In this document: positions 34,547 through 44,150 of the stretch, piece by piece
How positions within the stretch are numbered: the first letter of the stretch is position 1
Layout of the letters: every line of letters begins with the position of its first letter
Assembly: GCA_964582405.1 (NCBI GenBank)
Contig: CAZOSN010000005.1
Span: forward strand, 2,382 to 66,381
Direction of reading: 5' to 3'
Source: an uncultured Oligoflexales bacterium
GTDB lineage: Bacteria > Bdellovibrionota_B > Oligoflexia > Oligoflexales > Oligoflexaceae
DNA: 64,000 bases
Program-made: the position numbers and the translations under genes
Notes under the pieces: model-generated
The model's input: only the letters and a program-made list of their open reading frames with translations
What the model was told of the DNA's origin: nothing
Databases searched by the model: none

Positions 34547-35722
34547 TCAAACTACAGAGACTTCATTAACGTCTGAAATTTTTATAATCCGTTTTTGTGC
34601 GATAACACTAAGTCCAATGTTTAATGCAAGGAAAAGAGCCAGAATAACAAAACTTTGAGCGACATCGACAAACCCCGAGCCGGCTAGATAGATTTGCCTG
34701 AAGCTCGAAACGAAATGAGTCATGGGTAACAATCGACTCAGCCATTGAATCGATTCCGGCATAGCCTCCATGGGCCAGGTAAATCCTGACAGAACAAAGC
34801 TTGGCATAGCCATGAACATAAGAATCTGGGTCGCAAATAGCCTTGATTTGCAAAAAGCCGACACCCAAAATCCCCAGGTTACAATCGTCGCTATAAATAA
34901 AGTCGTGAACGCCAATGTCAGGTACCACGAGCCCTCGATAGGAATATCGTAGAGCGGGAAAATAAGCCTCAGATAAACCTCAGCCACCAAAAAATTAATC
35001 GCGACATAGATGAGTCCCTTGCCAAGCAATATAGCCATGGGATTTCGGGAAATCTTATAAACATCCCGCAATGTGGAATCCTCGCGTTCGCCCGACATGG
35101 AAAGCGCTACGGCCATGAGTATAATCTGCTGGAGAATCGTGATAAGAATACCGGGGATCATGAAGTTGGTGTAGTTGTACGATGGGTTATACATGGCCCT
35201 AAGATCGAGTTTGATCGGCATAAAGAGCTCTTGAGCTTTGCTCCGCTTAAGCCCCTTTTTCATCAGCATGTTGATTTCGATTCCCGCTGACATCGACTGC
35301 ATGACCTGATTGACGGATGAGGATACGGTATTGGCGAGCACCATCTGGGCCGCGTTGACAAAGGTTGTTACCCTAACGTCATGGCCAGTTTTTAGGTCGC
35401 GAGTAAAATTCTCCGGTATGATGATCGCTGCCGCATAATCGCCCCGCCGAATGCCTTCCTCGATCTCGCTTACCTGCAAAACCTGCTTGGCGACTTCGAT
35501 TTTGCTTGATGCGTCGAGCATTCGGACCAGGGTTCTCGACAAGCTTCCTTGGTCCTGATTAAGCAAAGCTATGGGCACTTCGGACACGGAGTGTTTGCTA
35601 TAGATCGATGCCATCAGAATAGCGTACAAAAATGGCGAAATAAAAACCACCGAACGCAACCTTGGGTCGGTTAAAATGATCCGAAATTCTCGCTTCGCGA
35701 TTTGCCAAATTTCTTTGAACAT
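34547..35722 (-). CDS. ABC-2 type transporter permease (YhhJ/YbhR-like)
   Basis: N-terminal KREFRIILTDPRLRSVVFISPFLYAIL, a large extracytoplasmic loop, then a cluster of 5 TM helices. This is the typical ABC2_membrane_3 architecture. Confidence 0.75.
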   Translation of the reverse strand: MFKEIWQIAKREFRIILTDPRLRSVVFISPFLYAILMASIYSKHSVSEVPIALLNQDQGSLSRTLVRMLDASSKIEVAKQVLQVSEIEEGIRRGDYAAAIIIPENFTRDLKTGHDVRVTTFVNAAQMVLANTVSSSVNQVMQSMSAGIEINMLMKKGLKRSKAQELFMPIKLDLRAMYNPSYNYTNFMIPGILITILQQIILMAVALSMSGEREDSTLRDVYKISRNPMAILLGKGLIYVAINFLVAEVYLRLIFPLYDIPIEGSWYLTLAFTTLFIATIVTWGFWVSAFCKSRLFATQILMFMAMPSFVLSGFTWPMEAMPESIQWLSRLLPMTHFVSSFRQIYLAGSGFVDVAQSFVILALFLALNIGLSVIAQKRIIKISDVNEVSVV

Positions 35723-35726
35723 CGGA

Positions 35727-36704
35727 TCACCGTTCTTTTTCTAGAAGTAATTCAGCGGACATGCCAGGACGGAGTCCTGCGGGAGCATTAAACCTGACTC
35801 TGATCTCAAAGCTTTTCACATCGAAGCTTGATTTGTCTTGAGTATAAGTGCGTGTGGCAAATGCACCCATAGGGGCAATGTAGGAAATCTCGCCGGGAGC
35901 CGTGGATTTCAGAGCCGGAAAATCAAGCTGAACTTTGCGTCCCATGGTGAGACTGGCCAGCATGGTTTCGGGAACTCGAAAAGTTGCCCACATGTCATCG
36001 ATCACAAGAAGTGTGATCACGGAAAATCCTTGAGGAATTAATTCGCTGGGATCGCCGAGGATTTGAAAAACCTCGCCAGCAACTGGCGCTGTGATATTTA
36101 AATCCTTATCATACGCTCCAACCTCAGCCACACCGGTTTCGGCTTTATTAACTATGGCCTCTGCAGCAGCCTTCTGCTCGTTTCGCGCTCCGGCTTCAGC
36201 CATTGCAAATTTGGCCTGATCTGCCTTTAGCTTTTCATGAGCGGCATGCTGCTTGAGTTCGATTTCCTCAAATTGCTGCGCGGAAATTGCCCCTTCTGCC
36301 AAAAGCTTTTTCATTCGTTGCAAGGTATGGGTGGCGAATTCGTATTGTTTTGCACTGGCCGAGACCAAGGCTTTTAGCTGCTCAAGCTCCTCAGGCCTTA
36401 CAGCATGATCGGCAATCGCCTTTTGATTTCTTGCCGCTGTTAGATCAAAGAAAGCCCGGTCTTTTTTGGCCTTGAGAATATCGTCGTCAAATTCGATCAA
36501 GCGTTCACCAACCTGAACTTTCTGGCCCTCTTTAACATGAATCGTCTTGATTCGAGCCGCAAGGCGCGATGCCAAATCGATTTCTTTGACTTCGACTTCG
36601 CCAAGGATTCTCTTCTTGGCCGCGCTATCCGGAGTGCAGGCAGTGCCTAACAGGGCCAAAAAACTTGCGCTTATTGCGAGCAGAGTCGATCCATTCCAAT
36701 TCAT
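35727..36704 (-). CDS. HlyD-family periplasmic adaptor protein
   Basis: Lipobox-like LLGTAC. Lipoyl-like VKEGQKVQVGERLIEFDD, a coiled-coil middle section, and a beta-barrel segment VAGEVFQI...GRKVQLDFPAL. Its start overlaps the TolC stop by 4 nt. Confidence 0.8.
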   Translation of the reverse strand: MNWNGSTLLAISASFLALLGTACTPDSAAKKRILGEVEVKEIDLASRLAARIKTIHVKEGQKVQVGERLIEFDDDILKAKKDRAFFDLTAARNQKAIADHAVRPEELEQLKALVSASAKQYEFATHTLQRMKKLLAEGAISAQQFEEIELKQHAAHEKLKADQAKFAMAEAGARNEQKAAAEAIVNKAETGVAEVGAYDKDLNITAPVAGEVFQILGDPSELIPQGFSVITLLVIDDMWATFRVPETMLASLTMGRKVQLDFPALKSTAPGEISYIAPMGAFATRTYTQDKSSFDVKSFEIRVRFNAPAGLRPGMSAELLLEKER

Positions 36705-38086
36705 GGAGTTTCCTTTCGAGCGAGTTGAGTCTTATAGGTGTCGATATACAAGGTCAGCATACCTGACGACTTATAGAGATCGATCATGCTTTGGTTGTAG
36801 CTCTGGATGAGCTGAAGTCTCTTGAGTTTTGTCTGCTGCCATTGGGTGAAGGATTGCAATACCTCAATAGTCGAGCCTTTGCCGGCCTCAAGGCGAACTC
36901 TTGCTAAGCGATAGCTTTCGTCAGCTAGTTTTTGTGATTCGGTGATGGCCTTGAGCGCGCGCCGTAGATTTTGGCAGCCCATGAATGCATTGCGAACCTG
37001 AAGGCCGATTTCTTCTTTGGCCCGGATGCCTGCCTGATCGAGTTTGATGCCGAGTTCCGCAGATTTAGTTTTTTCTGGAAAATAGGAAATAGCTCCGGTT
37101 AGGGGAATATTGACTCCTACTCCAACGAGCCATTTTGGATCCATGATGGTTCGATCATGATCCAACAGCTCATACTTGCCGAATCCAAAGACTTTGGGTA
37201 GAAGGTTGGCATCCGCCTTGGTGTCCAAAGCCTCAAGCTTCCGTTTTTGGGCATCTATAATAGCAAATTCTGGACGTTTTTCCTGAGCGGACTTCAGAAA
37301 AGTTTCTGCCGACTCATTGAGATCAACCACGACCAGAGGATCAGTCAATTCCTCCCGATCTACCTTTTCTTTTACGAGTAGATAGGCCAACACGGTCCTA
37401 ACTAGGACTTCACTGTTTTCTGCTTCTTTTAAGCGGGCTTCGACCTCGGCCTTTTGGGCTTTGACCTGAAGGACGGCGTATTCAGCCTGAACGCCTTGAT
37501 CTACCAAGGCTTGCGCGATTCTAACTAACTGAGCCAAGCTTGAGTCAATTTCGTTCAAAACATCGACAACTTCAGCGGCGAGTTTTGCTTCGAAATAGCG
37601 CGACAAGGCTTTGGCTAGCTCCTCGTCATAGACCTGCGCTGTAGAGGCGTGACTTAGAGCAACATCGGCTTCGGCGGCATCGATCCCGGCTTCGATCAAA
37701 CCGCCAGTGTAGATCGGCTGTTTTAGTTCGATCGCTGATCGAGAAATGTTTTTTTCCTGAATAAGGATGGGTGGGGGATCGATATCAAACGCAATGTTAA
37801 CCTTGCCATCGAGAATGTCGCGTTCGATATGCTTGGGTCCTATATCGAGCACGATATCATCATTGAGTCGGGTAAAACTGGAATTCAAATTGATTTCAGG
37901 TAAATACCGGCGCATAGCCTGCGAACGATCGGCCTTGTCGGCCTCTAACTGAGATTTAGCTTCTTTGAGTTTGTAGTTTTTATCCCTGACGATGCCGGGG
38001 ATTTCCTTTAGATCGAGCGCCATGATTTGGTTAGCACCGATCAACAAGCCTAATGAGGCTATGGCAAAAATCAACAACCGCTTCAT
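36701..38086 (-). CDS. TolC-family outer-membrane efflux protein
   Basis: Signal peptide MKRLLIFAIASLGLLIGANQIMA. Duplicated helical-repeat architecture and an OEP-like length of 461 aa. Confidence 0.75.
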   Translation of the reverse strand: MKRLLIFAIASLGLLIGANQIMALDLKEIPGIVRDKNYKLKEAKSQLEADKADRSQAMRRYLPEINLNSSFTRLNDDIVLDIGPKHIERDILDGKVNIAFDIDPPPILIQEKNISRSAIELKQPIYTGGLIEAGIDAAEADVALSHASTAQVYDEELAKALSRYFEAKLAAEVVDVLNEIDSSLAQLVRIAQALVDQGVQAEYAVLQVKAQKAEVEARLKEAENSEVLVRTVLAYLLVKEKVDREELTDPLVVVDLNESAETFLKSAQEKRPEFAIIDAQKRKLEALDTKADANLLPKVFGFGKYELLDHDRTIMDPKWLVGVGVNIPLTGAISYFPEKTKSAELGIKLDQAGIRAKEEIGLQVRNAFMGCQNLRRALKAITESQKLADESYRLARVRLEAGKGSTIEVLQSFTQWQQTKLKRLQLIQSYNQSMIDLYKSSGMLTLYIDTYKTQLARKETP

Positions 38087-38296
38087 CCGTTCCGCCTTCA
38101 GCTATTTGAACTTCAGTTTCTTCGAAGGTCCAAACCCCCGCCAGAGCCTCAGATGCAATCTCTTGGCCCAAAAAAAGCTGAAAAGTACGTAGCATTTATC
38201 CATGGTTACGATGGAGGCCTGATTTTTTGGCGTCCAGAAAGAGTACAATGTACAGAGAATGATCATTCAGATTGGATTAGCCAATTGGGAGCTACT

Positions 38297-38698
38297 ATGG
38301 AAAAAAACGATCAGCGTGACATCATCACGATTCTTGCGGTTTTAGCCGTAACCTTTTTCGTTGGGATGCGATTTGGCGAGACCAATGTTCCCGATCTCAA
38401 TAATGTCGAAATTGGTGGACCTCGGCCAGTGATGATGCGTTCTCAGAATTTTATGCCGCAGCAGATACCGGGAGCTCCCCAGATGCTGACGGTCCAAAAT
38501 GCTGAAACTCTAAAAACCAGCCAACCCGCATCGCCAGCACCTGGGACCGACTTTCAGCCCGGGCTGATAGAGTTTTTGATCAAGCAGGGCGAAAAGGTCC
38601 AGGCCAAAAAATTACTTGATGGCTATCGCGCTTCGCCTGAGATCGTCCAAAAATACGGCGCTCTTATCGAACAATTTGAAAAGCAGCTGAACCAATAA
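38297..38698 (+). CDS. small membrane-anchored hypothetical protein
   Basis: ATG at 38297 with GGGAG upstream. Single TM helix IITILAVLAVTFFVGM. No family recognised. Confidence 0.5.
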   Translation: MEKNDQRDIITILAVLAVTFFVGMRFGETNVPDLNNVEIGGPRPVMMRSQNFMPQQIPGAPQMLTVQNAETLKTSQPASPAPGTDFQPGLIEFLIKQGEKVQAKKLLDGYRASPEIVQKYGALIEQFEKQLNQ

Positions 38699-38715
38699 CA
38701 AAGCGGGGCCAGACG

Positions 38716-41139
38716 ATGAATAACAGCCCAAAAAATATTGAGGCGGAGTCGGTTGCCAAAATTGAGGTAAACGGAGAAGATCTCAAGGCAGTCAAGCCGT
38801 TGTTTCAGAACCTAGACCGGATCATCTCGATTTGCTCATGGGCGAGTCTGATTCTTTTTGTCTGGGTTTTAAACTATAACAAGATTCAATCCAACGACAC
38901 CTGGATACATCTCCGCCTGGGCCAATGGATGGTTGAGACCAAGCAATTCATTACTCAAGATTTTTTTAGCGCTACCATAAATGGCAAGCCCTTTGTTGCG
39001 CATGAATGGTTGTCGTTTATTCTATTTTATTTGATCGCTGATAAAACGGGCAGCACGCTTACCTACTTTAAAATCATTGTGGCCATGGCGGTGGCGATTG
39101 GTTACGGGGGCATGCTATGGCGTCGCTACCGCGACTATTTCATAACTCTGCCAGCATTGGCCCTTCTAGCCTATATGTATTGCTTTCGGGTTCATGAAAG
39201 ACCGATGCTGTTTGGCAATCTCTGCGTTGCAACAATCATCATGACACTCGATTACTGGCGGCGTAACCCCAAGTCAAAGATCATTTGGGCGTTTGTTCCT
39301 TTGCAGATGTTCTGGGTCAATGTGCACGGGTCTTTTATGTTCGGGCCAATTTTTCTCGGCATTGCTGCTGCTGCAGAACTTCTGGCACGGACCAGCTATG
39401 TGCCCGCCTATTTTCAAAAAAACCGATTGGCCTTGACTGACATCAAAATGCTCCTGGCCGTTATGGGGGCCATGCTGCTTGCGTCTCTCGTTAATCCATA
39501 TGGATTCGAAATGATTCAGCACACGTTTGGGATGTTTTTCGGTCACAGCTATCTCAAGGAAAATATCCTTGAGTGGCAGAGTATCACCGAGGTCAGTCTG
39601 GAGAACTACTGGTATTTGGGATGGATTGTTTGGTTGTGCGCGACTTGGTATGTCACTTTTCGGAACAAAAGCTCATGGTCCTTGACAGATTTCGCGATGC
39701 TAAGCGCCGCGACTTATATGCCGTTTTCGGGAATGCGCTATGTCACGATCTCAACCATCATCATGACTCCGTTATTTTTTAAGCATGCGACTGCGGTTTT
39801 TGCAGCACCGGCGAGGCCCAGGATGTTTCTATGGGCAATTTTGCCACTAACAGCTTATATTGCGATCGTGGGCACGCCCTATAGTGCGGTCGAACACAAA
39901 CCCATCGGTGTCGGATTTAACATCCGCCAGGTTCCTTTCGATATTATCGACTTCATAAAGCGCAAAGAGCTCAAAGGTTCGATCATGACGAATTACGAGG
40001 AGGGGTCATATATTGCCTACTACCTCTATCCCAATGTCAAGGATGTTATAGACGCCAGAACCGATCTGTATGGGGACGAAAAATACAACGAGCATCGGCT
40101 GGCTTTTTACACGCTGCAGAATTTCAGAGCATATTTAACAAAATATAAGATCGATATGGTTCTCCTCAAATCGATTCCCAACTTTGATGTCTTGCGGCAG
40201 GACCTCCTTGCTGATCCCGAATGGCGCCTGGATATGATTGGGTTTTCACATGCATTATTCAGCCGCAAAGCAACGATTACGATTCCCCCCGATTCGACCG
40301 ATCTGGCGGGAAATTCGTCCCCTATGATCTTTGGGCCCCCCCCAGGGTTGAACGGAGGTCCAAGCTCGATCGCAGGTCTTGGCAGCAATCCGGTAGCTGC
40401 TGGTGTGCCATATGAGGTCGATCCTAATTCGCCCGAGATTAAGGCTATGTTTGCAAAGGAATTGGCAAAGATGGCTCAGGGGATTGCTGCCAGTGGCGGT
40501 TTAAATCCTAATGCTGCAACTTTCAATGGAGGAAACCCCGCCAGCAATGGAGCTGCTTCAAGCACCCCTGGTGCGGTGCCGGGCAACACTCTGGTAACAC
40601 CTCCAGGTTCGGCTCAACCTGGCAGTAATTTGCCTACGCCCGTCGCTACCAATGCGAGCAATGCAGCGCTTCCTGGCACATCAAGCTCGGCTAGTCCAAA
40701 CGGTATTTCGCAGGTTCCGGCAGCGAATCCTCAGGTTCCGGCAGCGAATCCTCAGGTTCCGGCAGCGAATCCTCAGGTTCCGGCAACGAATCCTTTAGCC
40801 GCGCCAAATTCAGCACCAGTTCCGACCAATTCGGCCGTGTCTGCGCCTTCGGTTGCCGCAAAACCCGCGAACGAAGCCTTTTGCGTCATAGGCCGCGCGC
40901 TTGGGCACTGTGACAGGCTGAAGGCTTGCGATGCAATATGCAAATTAACTGCCGATGAATTCACCAAGAAAGTTCCAGGCGACAAGCCTTGGTGCCAGAA
41001 TTTTGTCAGGACCTGCTCAGACAAGCACACGGCTTGCCAGATTTGTCCTTCGGTCTGCGCAGCCTATGGTCAGGTTATTGGTGATCTCAATAAGGAATTG
41101 TCACTAGCCTACCCAGGGGTGAGCCCATGCGGACAGTAG
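38716..41139 (+). CDS. polytopic membrane protein with a Pro/Ala/Asn-rich repeat linker and a Cys-rich C-terminal domain
   Basis: About 12 hydrophobic helices in the first ~400 aa. The linker contains NPQVPAA x4. The last ~95 aa hold 10 Cys residues (CVIGRALGHCDRLKACDAICKL...CQNFVRTCSDKHTACQICPSVCAAYG...SPCGQ). Confidence 0.65.
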   Translation: MNNSPKNIEAESVAKIEVNGEDLKAVKPLFQNLDRIISICSWASLILFVWVLNYNKIQSNDTWIHLRLGQWMVETKQFITQDFFSATINGKPFVAHEWLSFILFYLIADKTGSTLTYFKIIVAMAVAIGYGGMLWRRYRDYFITLPALALLAYMYCFRVHERPMLFGNLCVATIIMTLDYWRRNPKSKIIWAFVPLQMFWVNVHGSFMFGPIFLGIAAAAELLARTSYVPAYFQKNRLALTDIKMLLAVMGAMLLASLVNPYGFEMIQHTFGMFFGHSYLKENILEWQSITEVSLENYWYLGWIVWLCATWYVTFRNKSSWSLTDFAMLSAATYMPFSGMRYVTISTIIMTPLFFKHATAVFAAPARPRMFLWAILPLTAYIAIVGTPYSAVEHKPIGVGFNIRQVPFDIIDFIKRKELKGSIMTNYEEGSYIAYYLYPNVKDVIDARTDLYGDEKYNEHRLAFYTLQNFRAYLTKYKIDMVLLKSIPNFDVLRQDLLADPEWRLDMIGFSHALFSRKATITIPPDSTDLAGNSSPMIFGPPPGLNGGPSSIAGLGSNPVAAGVPYEVDPNSPEIKAMFAKELAKMAQGIAASGGLNPNAATFNGGNPASNGAASSTPGAVPGNTLVTPPGSAQPGSNLPTPVATNASNAALPGTSSSASPNGISQVPAANPQVPAANPQVPAANPQVPATNPLAAPNSAPVPTNSAVSAPSVAAKPANEAFCVIGRALGHCDRLKACDAICKLTADEFTKKVPGDKPWCQNFVRTCSDKHTACQICPSVCAAYGQVIGDLNKELSLAYPGVSPCGQ
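40711..40794 (+). repeat. in-frame tandem repeat, 21-bp unit CAGGTTCCGGCAGCGAATCCT x4 (the last copy has one mismatch)
   Basis: Read directly. Encodes the QVPAANP heptad repeats inside the 807-aa protein. Confidence 0.95.
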
Positions 41140-41171
41140 GAGCAGCACGAATCTTGCGCGGTGCACGTGCT

Positions 41172-42149
41172 CTACAGTTTCTCAACGGCAACAACAAACT
41201 GGTCAGCAGAAAAATCAACGGTAAGCAACGTTCCATACGCTGAAGAACCGCTGCGAAAGACCGGAATCGATCGGCTTCCGTCGAGTTTTATCTGATCGAC
41301 CTCGCCAGCCTGATAGTGAACATGACCTGCAAATATCGCCCGCACGGGGAAGATCCGGAGGAGTTCCACAAAGTCGTCCCCAGTGAGCAATTCGCGATTG
41401 AAATCATGCATATTGAGGATAATATGCTGGCCTCTGGCAACAGCAGCCTCTAAATCTTGCCTTAGCCAGGTCAAAGACGAAGTGATTTGGTAGTAGTCAC
41501 GCCGTGCACCAGGATAATTCCAGCCATCAAATTGCGCTTTATAGGTTGGTCCAAGCTGCAGCTGAACAAAATGCCAGCCTTTTACATCCCAGGAATAGGA
41601 CATACTTCCCCAATGGTCTTTTCGCAAACTTGGAAATTTGTAGTAGGTCGGTGATTCATGCCAGTCGATGGTATTGAGTAACGCCTGCTGCAGGTGAAGG
41701 ATTGTGGTCTCATTCATATAGTCCAGCATGCGCCGAGCACAGCTGTTATCAGCACAGCCGCCGATATTGAGTTGGTAGTCATGATTGCCGAGGCCAGGGA
41801 AAACAGGAATATTCAGAGACGATTGGCTGTAAAATTGGCGATAAGCGGCCAACTCATCGTCACCGCCATTGGCAGTCAGATCACCATTGACGATGAGGCC
41901 AAGAATTGGCTGGATTTTCTGAAGCGCTTTGATTTTTCCGACCATCGCGGAGTTACTGCGAAGCCCATCTTCCTTTTCATTCTCACCACCACAAGCTGGG
42001 TTAGTGGGATGGCATCGCCAGAATAGCTGAGGATCTGACATGATTGCGTAGCGGAATGAGGTTTCGTCGGTGGTTGCCACGGTTGAGTTTTCAATGCCTC
42101 CACAGCTTACCAAAGTGATTCCGCAAAGTGCGGTAGCGATCAGTCTCAT
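41172..42149 (-). CDS. calcineurin-like metallophosphoesterase, lipoprotein
   Basis: Lipobox ITLVSCGG. Phosphoesterase motifs VNGDLTANGG, GLGNHDY, ILNMHDF and FAGHVHYQ. Confidence 0.75.
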   Translation of the reverse strand: MRLIATALCGITLVSCGGIENSTVATTDETSFRYAIMSDPQLFWRCHPTNPACGGENEKEDGLRSNSAMVGKIKALQKIQPILGLIVNGDLTANGGDDELAAYRQFYSQSSLNIPVFPGLGNHDYQLNIGGCADNSCARRMLDYMNETTILHLQQALLNTIDWHESPTYYKFPSLRKDHWGSMSYSWDVKGWHFVQLQLGPTYKAQFDGWNYPGARRDYYQITSSLTWLRQDLEAAVARGQHIILNMHDFNRELLTGDDFVELLRIFPVRAIFAGHVHYQAGEVDQIKLDGSRSIPVFRSGSSAYGTLLTVDFSADQFVVAVEKL

Positions 42150-42458
42150 CCTGCGTTCCTTGTTTTGCTTCTATAGATTAGATATTTCCTTATATAGTCA
42201 AAAAAATCAGAATTGCGAAAAATTTTCATTGCGCGTTTCCGTCCTTCTGAGTTTCTGCGATGCGTATTTTAACCACAGATGGGCGGATGGGCGGAAGGAC
42301 GGAGACGCGAAATCTTACACAACGGAGCCATTTTTTTGCAAAGCTGATTTTTATACACTATATAATTCATTGTACCCTGAAGAAATTTAGGAATTTTTAG
42401 TGGGAATTTCGCCAAAGTCCGAGTGAAACTTCAAAGAAGTTGGGGAAGGCCAGTGAAG

Positions 42459-43928
42459 CTATAACAGGCACATAGTACGGCCTTGCGAACTTAGGGCTGC
42501 TCTGACAACATCAAAGCCATGATAGACAGGCTGAATGAGATCACCGTTTTGCCCCACAGCCAGAGGGCTACTGACAAAGCGGTGCTCGGGACCCATTCCT
42601 AGGGACCACCGATGAACCAATTTCCCTGTCGCAAAATCAAGGGCGACGATGCCATAGTCCTCGCGGACTTTGCTCAGATCTTGCGAAGAAGCATAGACAA
42701 GTCCTGTTTGAGTGCCGAGCCGAATGGTTGCTGTGGCCGCGACCTCGCGGTTATACCACACCAGGCTACAGCTCGACCGATCATCCGCGACATCGATTCG
42801 CATGATGCCCGGTTCCATGCCGCGAAGGTTGTCAAAGAGTCGCGGTGCATTGTACCAGTTCTGGACTATAATCGCGTTTCCGTAACCAATCACGGAGTTT
42901 TCGTTGGCGCTGCGTTCGGGTTCGAATAATGGAAACTTGCATACGAGTCTTTGATCGTCTGGGATCTGCGATCTCCGGTCAAGCACCACGAGGTTGATTT
43001 GGTGGTCGGCATTGTCGGTGAACGCCAGAAGATCCTGCCCGATAAGGGTCGGGGTCGAGCCAGAGCCCTCCCGCGAAATCGTGCCAGGCTTGGGATGACT
43101 CGCACGGTCGTAGCCATAACGAAAGCCGGGTTTGATGCCATCGTCATAGTGGAACTGATAGGCATGGTGGTCGGTAACGAGGTAGACGCCTGATTCATCG
43201 ACTGCCATCCCGTTCTCAATGATTTCTCCGCTAAGCATGAGCCACGCGAGGAGTATGCCCTGTTCGTTCATATAACCTATCGCCGCAGGGCGTGGGTCAG
43301 GGTCGCGGTTGCGGCCAAGGTCCATCAGCCAGTAGCCGCCATGAAAATCTGGATACACCTGCGCGATCTGGTGCCCTCTAGGAACAGCTGATTTGAGATC
43401 TATGGTTTTTACTATTTCTAGCCGTCTCTCCCTGGCCTTGATGAACAATACCCGGTTGTCGGCGTCTGCCACAATCATCCGGCCAGCACGGTCCATCAAG
43501 AAATAGGCAACATTCAAGGGGAGATCTTTGGTCATAAGATTCTTGATAGGCACATAGGCATAGGGGATTTTATGAAGAATCGCGTAAGTTTCCGCATCAA
43601 ACAAAGTCACGTAAAAATCAAAGCCTTGGGATCCGCGCGCCTGCGAACAAAACCCTAAGAGGTTTCCAGCATCGTCCGGCATAAAATTGAGGCATAACCG
43701 TGGTAAAGGCCATGAGCCGAGGCCAGGTTTTTGATGGACTATCACTGGTTCATTGTTGGGTAAGGGCCAATCTGTGACCGATGAGTTGTAGCTATCAAAG
43801 TGCATCCCCGATTGTTGGCTCAGTCCAGGATGTTGAGGAACATCCTTTGGGGCCAGAACCTCGGCAAAGCTTACCGAAACCAAAAACCAGGAAGCAAGGT
43901 GGATTATCCACTGATTCTGGGCTGCCAT
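42459..43928 (-). CDS. secreted hypothetical protein
   Basis: Preferred start at 43928 (MAAQNQWIIHLASWFLVSVSFA, signal-like). No motif recognised. Strand-rich composition suggests a beta-propeller-like fold; this is an inference. Confidence 0.55.
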   Translation of the reverse strand: MAAQNQWIIHLASWFLVSVSFAEVLAPKDVPQHPGLSQQSGMHFDSYNSSVTDWPLPNNEPVIVHQKPGLGSWPLPRLCLNFMPDDAGNLLGFCSQARGSQGFDFYVTLFDAETYAILHKIPYAYVPIKNLMTKDLPLNVAYFLMDRAGRMIVADADNRVLFIKARERRLEIVKTIDLKSAVPRGHQIAQVYPDFHGGYWLMDLGRNRDPDPRPAAIGYMNEQGILLAWLMLSGEIIENGMAVDESGVYLVTDHHAYQFHYDDGIKPGFRYGYDRASHPKPGTISREGSGSTPTLIGQDLLAFTDNADHQINLVVLDRRSQIPDDQRLVCKFPLFEPERSANENSVIGYGNAIIVQNWYNAPRLFDNLRGMEPGIMRIDVADDRSSCSLVWYNREVAATATIRLGTQTGLVYASSQDLSKVREDYGIVALDFATGKLVHRWSLGMGPEHRFVSSPLAVGQNGDLIQPVYHGFDVVRAALSSQGRTMCLL

Positions 43929-44071
43929 GGTGCCTCCGCTGCCGAATTGAACTTGACGATTGGGGACTATCGTAGCAATTGCAGGGGCAAGGATCAACTG
44001 CGGCAAACTCCGTCCCCAGGGCGATGGCATATTGATTTGCGTGACATTCTTCGTTTCGGATATCCCTCACC

Positions 44072-44133
44072 CCAGTACCCCGCCCAATAAGTTTTTCCCG
44101 ATGAAGGGCCGCCTTGCATTCCCCATCACGGGG
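44072..44133. mobile_element. truncated copy (left arm only) of the palindromic element at 10616..10803
   Basis: CCAGTACCCCGCCCAATAAGTTTTTCCCGATGAAGGGCCGCCTTGCATTCCCCAT aligns base for base, with a few substitutions, to 10617..10671. No matching right arm is nearby. Confidence 0.6.
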
Positions 44134-44150
44134 CAAAGCATAGCCTGGCT

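Noticed and set aside
43929-44030. 34-aa N-terminal extension of the secreted protein at 42459..43928
   Set aside because: The internal Met at 43928 begins a signal-peptide-like sequence, and the extension has none.
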